Below the pieces are notes generated by a model. That model was not told where the DNA came from and did not search any database. It saw nothing but the letters and a program-made list of their open reading frames with translations. DNA of 64,000 nt from positions 1,056,001-1,120,000 of the forward strand of contig CAWHIJ010000003.1 in the NCBI GenBank assembly GCA_963829525.1, written 5' to 3'. The DNA comes from an uncultured Actinomycetota bacterium (lineage in GTDB: Bacteria > Actinomycetota > Actinomycetes > JAHEKZ01). Both the position numbers and the translations under genes were made by a program. Below are positions 41,858 through 52,966 of the stretch, piece by piece (the stretch's first letter is position 1; the number at the start of each line of letters is the position of its first letter).

Positions 41858-43737
41858 ATGTCCAAGGAAATCGGTCGTCGAGGGTTTCTCGCTGGAGTCG
41901 GGGCGGCGGGCCTGCTCACGGCAACCGGACTACCGGCGAGGGCGGGAAACCGCACAACCGGAAGTCGCACAGCCGTTAGAACCCTCATCGTCAACGGCAA
42001 CGTCTTCACCGGGACGAATGGCCCTGCGCCAGCCTCCGCTGTTGCCATCGGTGTCGACGGCTGCATCGTCGGGGTTGGCAGCAATGCCGAGATGCGTCGG
42101 CTTGTCGGATCGAGCACCGAGGTCATCGACGCTGCGGGGGGCACGGTCATGGCTGGGATCCACGACGGCCACATGCACCCACTGCCGGCCGCCGAGCAGT
42201 CGCTCAATCCCTCGCTTGACAACGCAGAGCTCACCGTGCCAGAGCTGCAGGCAGCGTTGCAGGCGATGCTCGATGCGACCAGCGACAAGGAGCCCGGCGG
42301 CTGGCTGCAAGTGACCAACTGGAACCCGGTGGGACTGCTTCGGCCGGGACGGTCGCCAACAAGTCGTTCCTAGACGCGTTGAACACACAACGCCCCATCT
42401 ACCTGCAGGGCTCGGACTTCCACAACTCCTTCGTCAACAGCCGTGCTCTGGAACTGGCCGGCGTTGACAACTCGACGCCAAACCCGGCCGGCGGCGAAAT
42501 CGTCCGCGATGGGACGGGAGACGCCACCGGACTGCTGAAGGACAACGCGCAATGGATGGTGGCCGCGGTGATTCCTCCCCCTTCGGACGAGGAGCTGGCG
42601 GTTGCCTACCAAGAAATGGGGACGTACCTGCTGGCGAACGGCATCACGTCGTTCATGGACGCGGCGTCAAGCCGAGGCTCCTTGCGCGTGTACCGCGATC
42701 TTCTCGGCAACGGAGTCCTCAAGCAGAACGTCATCCCAGCCATCGTCGTCGGCCCCACGCTCGCCAAGTCCCCCATTGATGCCGCCGAGCTGCTAGCGAA
42801 TCTCCGCGCCCGATTCGGCGACGTGCCGGGACTCCACCTGTCCACAGCGAAGGTATTCATGGATGGCGTCATGGAGTTCCCGGCGCAGACGGCCGCTCTG
42901 CTCAAGCCTTACCTCGACGACGATGGCCAACCCACTGACAACTACGGCGACCTATATGTCAGTGACCAGCACTTTGGTCCACTGGTCAGCGAACTCGATC
43001 GGCAGGGCTGGCAGGTACACAGTCACGCGATTGGCGACCGAGCCGTCCGCACGGCCCTCAACGGGTACGAGCAAGCCCTGCGGACCAACGGCCCCAGTGT
43101 GAACCGACACACCATCGCCCACCTCCAGTTGGTCCATCCTGCTGACTACGCACGCTTCGGCAAGCTCGGCGTGCTCGCCTGCATGCAACTTCAGTGGGCG
43201 GTGCGCAACTTCTGGACGCTCGACGCTCTTCGCCCGTACATCGGTGAGAAACGCTTCAACCGCCTCTACCCCGCTCACAGCATGGTCTCGGCTGGCGCTC
43301 GGTTGTCTGGGGGATCGGACTGGCCGGTAGACCCGTTGAGCCCGTTCAACCAGATCGCAACCGCAGTCGATCGAACCACCACCGACAGCACCGATCCCAC
43401 CCCGCTTGACGCCGAAGAGGGAATCTCGCTTCAACACTCGCTCCGAATGCACACCAGGTCGAGCGCATTCCAGATGCACAGCCCGACCACCGGCACCATC
43501 AGTGTCGGAAAACGAGCAGACCTCATCGTTTTGGACCGAGACATCACCAGCGAACCGATCGACGAGATCCGTGGCGCCCTCGTCAACCACACCTTGATTC
43601 AGGGTCAGATGGTTTACGACGCCTCGTCGACGACCGCTCGAAAGGTTCTTCGCAAGATGGGTGCGCTCGGAACGGGCACTAAGAGCGGTCCCTTCGGCCG
43701 CCATTCCTGCTGCGCCCCGAAAGGAGCCGGATCCTGA
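41858..43737 (+). CDS. Tat-exported amidohydrolase 3 (YtcJ-like), frameshift near 42350
   Basis: GRRGFL Tat signal; GIHDGHMH, NSRAL, HAIGDRA, GGSDWPV, GKRADLIVLD. Confidence 0.88.
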
Positions 43738-43929
43738 AGCGGCTGTGAACCCTGGCTAACTCCGGGGCTGCGCTTGCCTATTGAGAGGGACCATACATCC
43801 CGGCGAAGGCGTGGAGCCGTCTGCAGAGTTCAGGGCCATCCCAGGCATCGACCGGCCCGTGAGGCGCCCTTGAGGACTTGAAGAATCCATCATGTGCGAA
43901 GATGCTGTGGTGATCGGACGTGGACGCTG

Positions 43930-44273
43930 ATGGCCAGACCACTGCACCAGGCCAAAGCCGAGTTCTTCCGGACTCTGGGCCACCCTGCGCGGATCCGGGT
44001 CCTTGAGCTCTTGAGCGAGCGAGACCACGCGGTGCACGAGCTGCTCGAGGCAATCGAGATCGAGCCGAGCAACCTCTCCCAGCAGCTGGCCGTCCTGCGC
44101 CGCGCCGGTCTCGTCGATCCAGCGACGGGAGGCGGCGGCGGTCGTCTACGCGGTCGCCGTCTCCCGAGGTCCGCGACCTGCTGCTGGCCGCCCGGGCGAT
44201 CCTCGCTGCAGCTGCTCGCCGACCAGGACCAGCTCAGGCGCAGCTGCGTAGCACCCGGGGGAGCCGGCGATGA
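43930..44273 (+). CDS. ArsR/SmtB regulator (Rv0081-like), frameshifted
   Basis: [25 protein letters not shown]; [13 protein letters not shown]. Confidence 0.88.
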
Positions 44274-44763
44274 GCCTGCGCGGCTGCTCGCCTCATCCGC
44301 GGCCGGGCCGGATCGCCGAGCCCGCGCCCGATGCACCCGACACCGCATGCCGTGACGCCACCGGGCACTGTGCCGGCAGCGTGCAGGTCCGGCACGTCGA
44401 CGCCGGCTCGTGCAACGGCTGCGAGATCGAGGTCGCGGCTGCCTTCGGGCCGGTCTACGACGCCGAGCGCTACGGCGCCCGGCTGGTGGCCTCGCCCCGG
44501 CACGCGGACGCGTGCTGGTCACCGGGGTGGTCACCCAGAACATGCTCGAGCCGCTGCGCCGGACGGTCGAGGCGACGCCCGAGGCCGCGGCGTCGTGGTC
44601 GCGATGGGCGACTGCGCGCGCAACTGCGGCGTGTTCGCCGGCGCGTACGGCGTGGTCGGTGCCGGTCGGCGACGTCGTCGACGTCGACCTCGAGATGCCC
44701 GGGCTGCCCGCCGGAGCCGCGACGCGATCGTCGAGGCGCTGCGCACGGTGACCGGTACGGTGA
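44270..44763 (+). CDS. NuoB/HycG-like Fe-S small subunit (Rv0082-like), frameshifted
   Basis: [36 protein letters not shown]. Confidence 0.85.
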
Positions 44764-46798
44764 CCCGGTCGCGAGGTCGGGCTGCTGGCTCAGCTGCGTG
44801 CTGGCGGTCGCTCGCCGTCGGCTGGTGCCGTTCTGCTCGACGCCGGCGGCGCTGCGCACCGCTGGCGCTGGGCCGTCTCGGCGGCGTCGGCATCGTCGGA
44901 GCCGTGACTGGTGCGCTGGCCTGGTCGGCGGCACGTGGCACGCGTTGCCGCTGCCGACCGCACTCGCCGTTCGCCCCGTTCGCCTTCGCCCCGGGCCGCT
45001 TGGGCGGCTTCTTCATGGTGGTGGTCGGCGCGGTCGGGGCGGTCGCCGTCGGTCTACGCGATCGGCTACGTGCACGGACCGTCGGCCTCGCGCACCGCGT
45101 GGATGGCGTTCGCCGTCTTTCTGCCTGGCGATGCAGTTGGTGCCCGCGGCCGCGGACGCCGTCTCGTTCCTGCTCGTCCTGGGAGGTGATGGCGGTCGCG
45201 CTCGACCGTCCTGCGTGCTCACCGACCACGCCCGCGGCGCGAGGTGCGCTCGGCCACCCTCTGGTACGCCGTCCATGACGCAGCTCAGCTTCCTGCTGCT
45301 GCTGGTCGGCTTCGCGCGTCCTCGCGCCGCGGCGGGCGGCACCGCGTTCGCGGCGATGCGCGGCGTCGACCGCTGCCTCGGCCGGCGCCAGCGTGGCCTT
45401 CGTGCTGCTCGTCGCTCGGGTTCGCCACCAAGGCGGGCATCGTGCCGCTGCACGTCTGGCTGCCCCGGGCGCACCCGGAGGCGCCGAGCCACGTGTCGGC
45501 GCTGATGAGCGCGGCGATGGTCAAGCTCGGCGTCTACGGCGCTGTGCTCGTCGTCGTCCGGCTGCTGCCCGGCGGCCCGCCTGGTGGGGGCTCCTGCTGC
45601 TCGGCGCTCGGCGCGCGTCTCGGCGGTCTTCGGCATCCTGCAGGCCTCGGTCGCCACCGACCTCAAGCGGCTGCTCGCCTACTCCACCACCGAGAACATC
45701 GGCCTGATGTTCATCGCGCTCGGGCGTCGGACTGCTCCTGCGCCCGACGGCGCGGTCGAGCCGGCGTCGCCGACGTCGCCCTCGTCGCCTGCCTGCTGCT
45801 CGTCGTCGGCCACGCCGCGTTCAAGACCGCTCTCTTCCTCGCCGCCGGCTCGGTGCTGCACGCGACCGGTCAGCGGGACCTCGACCGGCTCGGCGGCCTC
45901 GTGCACGCATGCCGTGGACGGCCGCCGCCTTCGGCGTCGCCGCGCTCGGCGCGGCCGGGCTGCCGGTCACCGCCGGCTTCGTCGCCGAGTGGGTGCTGCT
46001 GCAGGCGCTCATCCACGGCGCGGGCAGGCGCACGGATCGCCTCGTCGCCGTCGTGATGCCGGTCGCGGTGGCGCTGGTGGCGCTCACCGCGGGGCTGGCA
46101 CTGATGACTTCGTCAAGGCGTTCGGGATCGCCTTCCTCGCCCGGCCGCGCAGCGCCGAGGCCGCAGGCCGCGCACGAGAGCCGGCCCCGACGATGCGCGT
46201 CGCCATGGTGCACCGCGGCTGCCTGGTCGTCGTGCTCGGGCTCGTCCCCGGCCCGCGTGGCTCGGCTGGCGGCCACTGCGGCGGCGGCCTCGACCGGTGT
46301 CGGGGCCGTCGGGCCTGCGGCGGCATCGACCTCCCGTGCGTCGGCGCGGTGCTCGACCCGGTCGCGCTGGCCCTGCTGGCCGCTCGCGATCGCCGTTCCG
46401 GTGGTCGTCGTCTCGGCGCTGGCCTCGCGACGCCGGCGCCCGCCGCGCGGTCGACCTCGCCTGGGGCTGCGGCGGGGTGCGGGTCAGCCCGCGGATGCAG
46501 TACACCGCGACGTCCTACGCCGAGCCGCTCGTGCGCGTCTTCGACGACGCGCTGCGCCCGGAGCCGCGACGTCGAGGTGACCCACGCTGGCCGAGTCCCG
46601 CTACCTCGTCGAGCGCGATGCAGTTCCGGCAGCAGCGTCGGCGACGTCGTCGAGACGCGCCTCTACCGGCCGGTCATCGCGGGCGCCGACCGGCGTGGGC
46701 GTCGCTCGCCCGCCGGATGCAGAACGGCAGCATCCACCGCTACCTCGGCCTACTCGTTCGTCGCCTGCTGGTCGTGCTCGCTGGTGGTGTCGCTGTGA
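44760..46798 (+). CDS. hyfB: HyfB-like proton-translocating membrane subunit (Rv0083-like), many frameshifts
   Basis: [50 protein letters not shown]. Confidence 0.8.
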
Positions 46799-47760
46799 AC
46801 GTCGAGCGCTCGCCGTCCTCGTCGTCGTCCAGGTGATCGTCATGGTCGTCGTCGCGCCGCTGCTCGTCGGCCTGATGCGCCAGGTGCGCGCCCGGCTGGA
46901 GGGCCGCGTCGGCGCCGGGATCCTGCAGCCGTGGCGCGACCTGCGCAAGCTGCTTGCGCAAGGAGCCGCTCAGGCCGCGGGCACCAGCTGGGTCCACGCC
47001 CTCGGCCCGGTCGTCCTGGTCGCCTCGAGCCTGCTGCTGTGCGCGCTGGTCCCGCTGGTCGGCGACCGTCGCGCTTCGCCGCTGGTGCCCGACGACCTGT
47101 TCGTCGTCGTCTCGGTGCTGCTGGTCGGCACCGTCGCGCTGGCCCTGGTCGGCCTCGACGCCGGCACCGCGTTCGGCGGCATGGGCTCCAGCCGGCACAT
47201 GACGATCGCCGCGCTCGTCGAGCCGACGGTGCTCGTCGCCGTCTACGCGCTGTCGGTGCCGGTCGGGTCGTCGGCGCTCTCGCAGATCGTCGACGGCGCG
47301 CCTCGACGACCCGGCCAGCGTCGCCGCCGCCGGTCAGCCTGCTCGCCGTCGTCGCGCTGGCGATCGCCGTCATCGCCGAGACCGGCCGCCTGCCGGTCGA
47401 CAACCCGCGACCCACCTCGAGCTGACGATGGTCCACGAGGCGATGGTCCTGGAGAGCTCGGGCCGCGACCTCGGCCTGGTCGAGCTGGGCTCGTGGCTGC
47501 GGCTGGCCGTGCTGCTCGGCCTGCGTCGGCAACCTGCTCGTCCCTGGGGGGTCGGCCACGACGTCACCGCCGGTGCCTGCTCGTGCGGCGTCGTCACGCT
47601 CGTCGTCAAGCTCGCCGTGCTGGGCGCCGTTGCTCGCCGCCGTCGAGGTGTTCCTCGCCAAGCTGCGGCTGTTCCGGGTTCCCGAGCTGCTGGCCGGCTC
47701 CTTCGTGCTCGCCTTCCTCGCCGTGACCGCCTCCTACCTGCGTGGCAGGGTAGCCGATGA
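46795..47760 (+). CDS. hycD: HycD/HyfC (NuoH-like) membrane subunit, frameshifted
   Basis: RARLEGRVG..QPWRDLRKL, FGGMGSSR, ETGRLPVDN, MVHEAMVLE. Confidence 0.82.
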
Positions 47761-48423
47761 CCGACGACCGTCTGTCGCCCAGCTCATCGGCATCGCGCCG
47801 GCGTACTCCTGCTCGTCGGCCGTGCTCCTCGTCTGGCGCCGCCACTGGTCGCCGCCGTCGCGGCTGCTCGCGCTGCAGGGCGTCGCCCTCGCCGCGTCTG
47901 GTCGCGGTCATCGGCGATCGACGAGCGCAGCGCCGAGCTCTCGGCGTCGCGGTGCTGCGTGCTGGTGTTCAAGGCCGTCGTGCTGCCGGCGTGCTGGCTC
48001 GCACGCGGCCGCGGGCGCGAGCACGCGCGAGGCAGCGCCGCTGATCAACACCACCGCCGTCGCTCATCGGCGCTGCGCTGCTCACCGTGCTCGCGTACGC
48101 TGGTGAGCCAGCCGCTGGCGGCGCTCGGCGACCGGCCCGACCATCGCGGCGGTTCCCGTCGGCGTCGCGCTGGTGCTGTATCGGCTTCCTGCTGCTGGTC
48201 ACGCCGGCGTCACGCGATCTCGCAGGTCGTCGGATTCCTCGTGCTGGACAACGGCATCGCCGCGTGGCGTTCCTCACCGCCGGAGGCGTCCCGCTCGTCG
48301 TCGAGCTCGGCGTCTCCCTCGACGTGCTGCTCGTCGTCCTGATCCTGTACGTCCTGACGGGCCGGATCCGCAGCGAGTTCGGCGACGCCGACCTCGACGA
48401 CCTGAGCGGAGCTGCGCGACTGA
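47757..48423 (+). CDS. hyfE: HyfE/HycP-like membrane subunit, frameshifted
   Basis: [33 protein letters not shown]. Confidence 0.78.
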
Positions 48424-49878
48424 TGGCCGCCCTCGTGCTGCTTCCCACTGCTGGCCTGCCTCGCTGCTCGCCGTCGGCACGCGCCGCCGTCCGGTCGGCC
48501 GGCGCTCCACGGTTCGCCGGCGTCGCTGCGGCGACTGTCGGTGCTGGCCGTCCGGCGTGGCCCTGGTGCGTCGGCCGTCCTCGGCGGGCCGATCACCGAC
48601 CGCGCTCGGCGGGCTGCTGCGCGTCGACGCCCTGTCCGCCTACATGCTGATCGTCGTCGGGGCGGTCGGGCTGACCGCGACCTGGGGCGGCCTCGCCGAT
48701 CGACGCGGACGCCACCCGCGACGCGCGTCCTACCCGACCCTGATCGCGCTGTTCCTTGGCGGCGATGTCGCTGGCCGTGCTCGCCGACAACCTCGGCGTG
48801 CTGTGGGTCGCCGTCGAGGCGACCACGATCGCCACGGCCTTCCTGGTGGGCCACGCCGCAGCCGAGGTCGCTCGAGGCCGCCTGGAAGTACGTCGTCCTG
48901 GGTTCGGTCGGGGTCGCCATCGCCTTCCTCGGGATCGTGCTGCTCTACGCCGCGACGTTGGCTGCCGGGACCGCCGACCCTGTCCTGGTCGCAGCTCTCG
49001 ACGCCGGCGCCGCCGCTCGACCCGTCGCTGGTACCGTGGCCGGTGCGCTCGCCGTCCTCGGGTTCGCCACCAAGGCCGGGCTGGCCCCGATGCACAGCTG
49101 GCTCCCCGACGCGCACAGCCAGGCGCCCGCGCCGGTCTCCGGCCTGATGTCCGGCGTCCTGTTGTCGGTAGCGTTCTACGCCATCCTGCGGGTGCAGGCG
49201 GTCGTCGACCCGGTCGTCGGGCCAGGGTTGATGCGGGGAATGCTCGTCACCGCCGGCTTGCTCTCGCTCGCGATCGCGGCGCTGCTGATCCTGCGCCAGC
49301 GCGACCTCAAACGGATGCTCGCCTACTCCAGCATGGAGCACATGGGCCTGCTCGCACTGGCGGCAGCCATCGGCAGCACCTTGGCGCTCTCGGCTGCGTT
49401 GCTGCACGTGCTCGGCCACGGGCTGGCCAAGTCGAGCACCTTCGTCATCTCTGGTCGGGTGCTCAGCACCGAGGGCACCACCACGCATCGGCGTCAATGC
49501 GCACGCTGCTGGCTCGCCGGCCGGCCGTCGCCATCCCGTTCCTGGTCGGGATGCTCGCGCTGCTCGGGCTGCCCCCGTTCAGTCTTTTCTTCTCCGAGGT
49601 TGGCATCATCGTCGCCGGCGTCCAGGAGGACATGGCGTGGGCTGTGGCGCCAGCGGTCTTGCTGCTGCTCGTGCTCTTCGCTGCTCTCGGCCGGCACACC
49701 GTCGCCATGCTCTTCGGCGACACCTCCTATGAAGGCGACGACCAACCCGACCGGCGTCCGCACGGGCCTAGGCTTCCGATCCTGCTGGGCACTGGGAACC
49801 ACGGCAGTCATCGGCTTTGCCTCCGGATCGTTCGCGACGCTGCTGACCGAAGCTGCCAATGTGCTCGGGGGTGCCTGA
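48423..49878 (+). CDS. hyfF: HyfF/HycQ-like proton-translocating subunit, frameshifted
   Basis: [44 protein letters not shown]. Confidence 0.82.
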
Positions 49879-51355
49879 TGCGCGAGATCGTCGAGGTCAC
49901 GTCCGACACGTTGGCTGCTGAGGTCACGTCGCGGCTGGCCGACGGGTTCCGTGTCGCAATGGTAAGCGGCTCGCGAGGACGCTGACCGCCTGCGCGTCGT
50001 CTATGTTCTCGTGCGCAGTCGTGACGACCACCGTGTCGAACTAAGCCTTCCGGTCTCCAAACATGATCCGGTGGTTCCGAGCCTGGCCGCCTGTCGACTA
50101 CTCCCTTGGACGGTTCGAGCGTGAGGTGCGCGACCTGTACGGCATCATCCCAGCCGACCACCCGCTGCCCCAACGGCTGGTACGCCACGGCCACTGGCCA
50201 CGCGGCTATTACCCGATGCGCCGCAGCGCCGACCCGACACCGAGCTTCGACCTCGACGTCGGCTCCTTCCCCTTCCTCGAGGTTGCTGGCGACGGCGTGT
50301 ACGAGATCCCGGTCGGTCCGGTGCACGCCGGCCTCATCGAGCCAGGACACTTCCGGTTCTCCGTCGTCGGCGAGACGATTCTGCGGCTGAAGGCGCGACT
50401 GTGGTTCGTCCACCGGGGTATCGAGAAGCTCTTCGAGGGGCGCCGGCCGGGCGACGGAATCGAGTTGGCCGAGCGGGTCAGCGGTGACACCGCTGTCGGT
50501 CACACACTCGCGTACGTCATGGCAGTCGAGGACGCCGCCGGGATCGAGGTCACCGAGCACGACCGGCTGGTTCGCGCTCTGCTGCTGGAGCTCGAGCGGC
50601 TGCACAACCACATCGCGGACCTAGGTGCACTTGCCAACGACGTCGGCTACGGCATCGTCAACGTTCACGCGCAACGAATTCGTGAGCAGTTGTTACGCCT
50701 CAACAAGGTGACCACGGGGCACCGGCTGCTGCGTGGTGGGATCTCTATCGGCGGGGCGCGGGTGCTTGCGCTGCCCGACGTCGGACAGGTCGCTGAGGTG
50801 GCTGCTGCTGCCGCCGAGCTCGCCGCCATCACGTTGGGAAACTCCACGGTTCGCGACCGGTTTGCCGGAACGGCGGTGCTCGTGACCGAGACGGCGAAGA
50901 GTCTTGGCGCCCTCGGCTACGTGGCGAGGGCTTCTGGCATCGACGTCGATGCCCGCAACGACCACCCGTTCGTCGACCTCGGGCCAGGCTTTCAGGTCGT
51001 GCTCGAAAGCGGCGGGGACGTGCTGGCTCGCTACCTCGTCCGTCTGCGCGAGGTAGCGGTGTCGGCGGGGTTGATCGAGAGCCTGAGCACGCGGCTGGCT
51101 GGGAACTGTGGGAGCGGCACCCGTGCTGAGACGACGTCGATCGGCTCGGGCCTTGGGCTCGTCGAGGGGTGGCGGGGAACGATTGCCCACCGCGTCGAGC
51201 TGAACCGGACCGGCGAAGTGGCCCGGCTCAAGATCGTCGACCCGTCCTTCTTCAACTGGCCAGCCCTCCCAGTTGCATTGGCCGACACGATCGTTCCTGA
51301 CTTCCCACTGGTCAACAAGAGCTTCAACCAGTCTTATGCGGGCAACGACCTGTGA
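49878..51355 (+). CDS. hycE: HycE/HyfG-like large subunit lacking the NiFe cysteines (Ehr type), frameshift near 49970-50090
   Basis: PVGPVHAGLIEPGHFRF, HRGIEK, ERVSGD, DPSFFNW, DFPLVNKSFNQSYAGNDL. Confidence 0.88.
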
Positions 51356-51669
51356 CCGGGCGGATTCTCCTTCCGGATCGGGCCATCTCCACTTCCACAG
51401 TGCACCTGCAACCCGGGTAACCCGCAGGTCAGGTGAGGCAGTGGCAGTCTCACGAATGCTCTAAGGGGGCAACAGGGCCGGAAAATCGTTGGAGGACATC
51501 GCTCGGATCGCCGACGTATCAGTGTCGAGGGCCAACGTCGGCTGCGTGACCACAGCTGGTCGTCCAGTAGTCCTACCGACGATGTGGGAAGGAACCCCGT
51601 CGATCACCTGCGCCGAGATAGCTGACCTCATCAACCGCCAAGGGCCGCGCTCAGCGGTCAATTCCGGTC

Positions 51670-51920
51670 AGATCCGGTCGGGCCTTCCGGGCTTCCGGAT
51701 TCGAGTGAATCCACTCCCACGGTGCCTTTCACCCATGGCGACCACGCAGGTCAGCAGTGGTCCGTGGAGTTTTACGCACGTCCTACGGGGGACGGGGGCG
51801 GGACGTGCGGGAATCCTTGTGGGAAACCGGCTGGACCCTGCCGCGAACCGTTCGGATCGGGGCGGGGTAAGTCTAGGGGGCGGCGTTTGACGCCGGTTCG
51901 GCCCTGATGGAGCTGTCAGG
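51670..51920. repeat. Junction 4: distal end of element 3, doubled core, tRNA-facing end of element 4
   Basis: CGCACGTCC(51775-51783) TACGGGGG ACGGGGGC G GGACGTGCG(51801-51809); both flanks homologous to junction 2. Confidence 0.9.
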
Positions 51921-52011
51921 GGGTTCGTTGCTGGCCGCGGAGATGCGTCCGAGGTCGCGACCCCCTACCCTCGGCAAGCTTGGTCAAAACCGCAGGAAGA
52001 GAGACACGAGC

Positions 52012-52815
52012 ATGCGTATCAAACCGTCACCCCTCTCCGCGATCCTCGCGATCCTCGGCTACATGGTGATCGTCTTCACCGTGTGGGGCGCCGTCGGGCT
52101 GAAGTACGACGAGGTCGGCGACACCCTGGAGAACGTCCAGAAGGGCGTGGTCCTCGCCGTCGGCCTTGGCGCCGCCTACCTGGTAGTCGTGACGACGTTC
52201 CTGGGCTGGTGGAAGCCCGCCATCCACGAACCACGCAAGGTCGGCAGCACGTGGATGTGGAGCATCCCCGTACTGCTCCTGATCGGGGCCGTCGTGAATC
52301 TGACAACAACGAAGTGGGGCGAGATCGACGGCGTGGCCAGCTACGCACTATGGCTGGCCATCGGCACCCTCCTCGTGGGCTTCTCCGAGGAGCTCTTGAC
52401 CCGCGGCATCGCGATCGTCGGCGCCCGCGGGGCGATGCACGAGAAATGGGTGTGGGTGTTCTCCGGTGTCATCTTCGGGCTGCTGCACGTGCCCAACGCG
52501 TTCTTCGGGCAGAGCGCGGCCGGCACCGTGCAGCAGGTGGTGTTCGCTTTCGGCATCGGGCTCACGTACTACGTCACTCGCCGCCTCGCCGGCACGCTGA
52601 TCGTCACGATGGGCCTGCACGCAGTCTGGGACTTCTCGGTGTTCATCCAGGAGCACTCAGTGTCCAACCTCGCGGACAAGCCCGTCGCACCGGCTGGCTT
52701 CGTCCTGTACATCGCCATCGCCCTCGGCATCGTCGCCCTGGTCAAGGTCCTCAAGGCCGGCGACGTCGTCGAGCCCGGCGGCGACCAGCTGGCCGCGTTC
52801 GACACGGCTCGGTGA
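52012..52815 (+). CDS. CPBP (CAAX/Abi) family intramembrane metalloprotease
   Basis: EELLTRG, FGLLH, HAVWD. Confidence 0.88.
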   Translation: MRIKPSPLSAILAILGYMVIVFTVWGAVGLKYDEVGDTLENVQKGVVLAVGLGAAYLVVVTTFLGWWKPAIHEPRKVGSTWMWSIPVLLLIGAVVNLTTTKWGEIDGVASYALWLAIGTLLVGFSEELLTRGIAIVGARGAMHEKWVWVFSGVIFGLLHVPNAFFGQSAAGTVQQVVFAFGIGLTYYVTRRLAGTLIVTMGLHAVWDFSVFIQEHSVSNLADKPVAPAGFVLYIAIALGIVALVKVLKAGDVVEPGGDQLAAFDTAR

Positions 52816-52966
52816 GGCCGGACACGCCAAGCATCGCCGGGTAGGTCTCCCCGGAGGTTCCACCGTCCGACGCCCCTCGTCTCAGCATTGCTTACGGGGG
52901 TAGGCGCAGTCGTACGCGCTCGGGTTGGCGCCCGGTCACAGGTCCATGACCATCTCTGTTGACTCT

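Larger units (their letters stand above)
24691..51784. mobile_element. Element 3 of the tandem array (about 27 kb cargo; may be a fusion of several units)
   Basis: Bounded by GGGACGTGCG (24691) and CGCACGTCCT (51775-51784). Confidence 0.6.

Noticed and set aside
44100-49000. Programmed frameshifting or recoding in the Ehr operon
   Set aside because: Indels are numerous and scattered with no consistent slippery site; sequencing error is simpler.
49878-51355. Active NiFe hydrogenase or formate hydrogenlyase
   Set aside because: Both Ni-binding CxxC motifs are absent and no hyp genes are seen.
17373-51920. Junction repeats as a CRISPR array or classical integron attC sites
   Set aside because: Spacing is kilobases and irregular, no cas or intI gene is seen, there are no RYYYAAC/GTTRRRY ends, and cassettes are multi-gene in mixed orientations.
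52893-52900. TACGGGGG as a closing target duplication for element 4
   Set aside because: It is not preceded by CGCACGTCC or distal-end homology; an 8-mer in GC-rich DNA can be chance.
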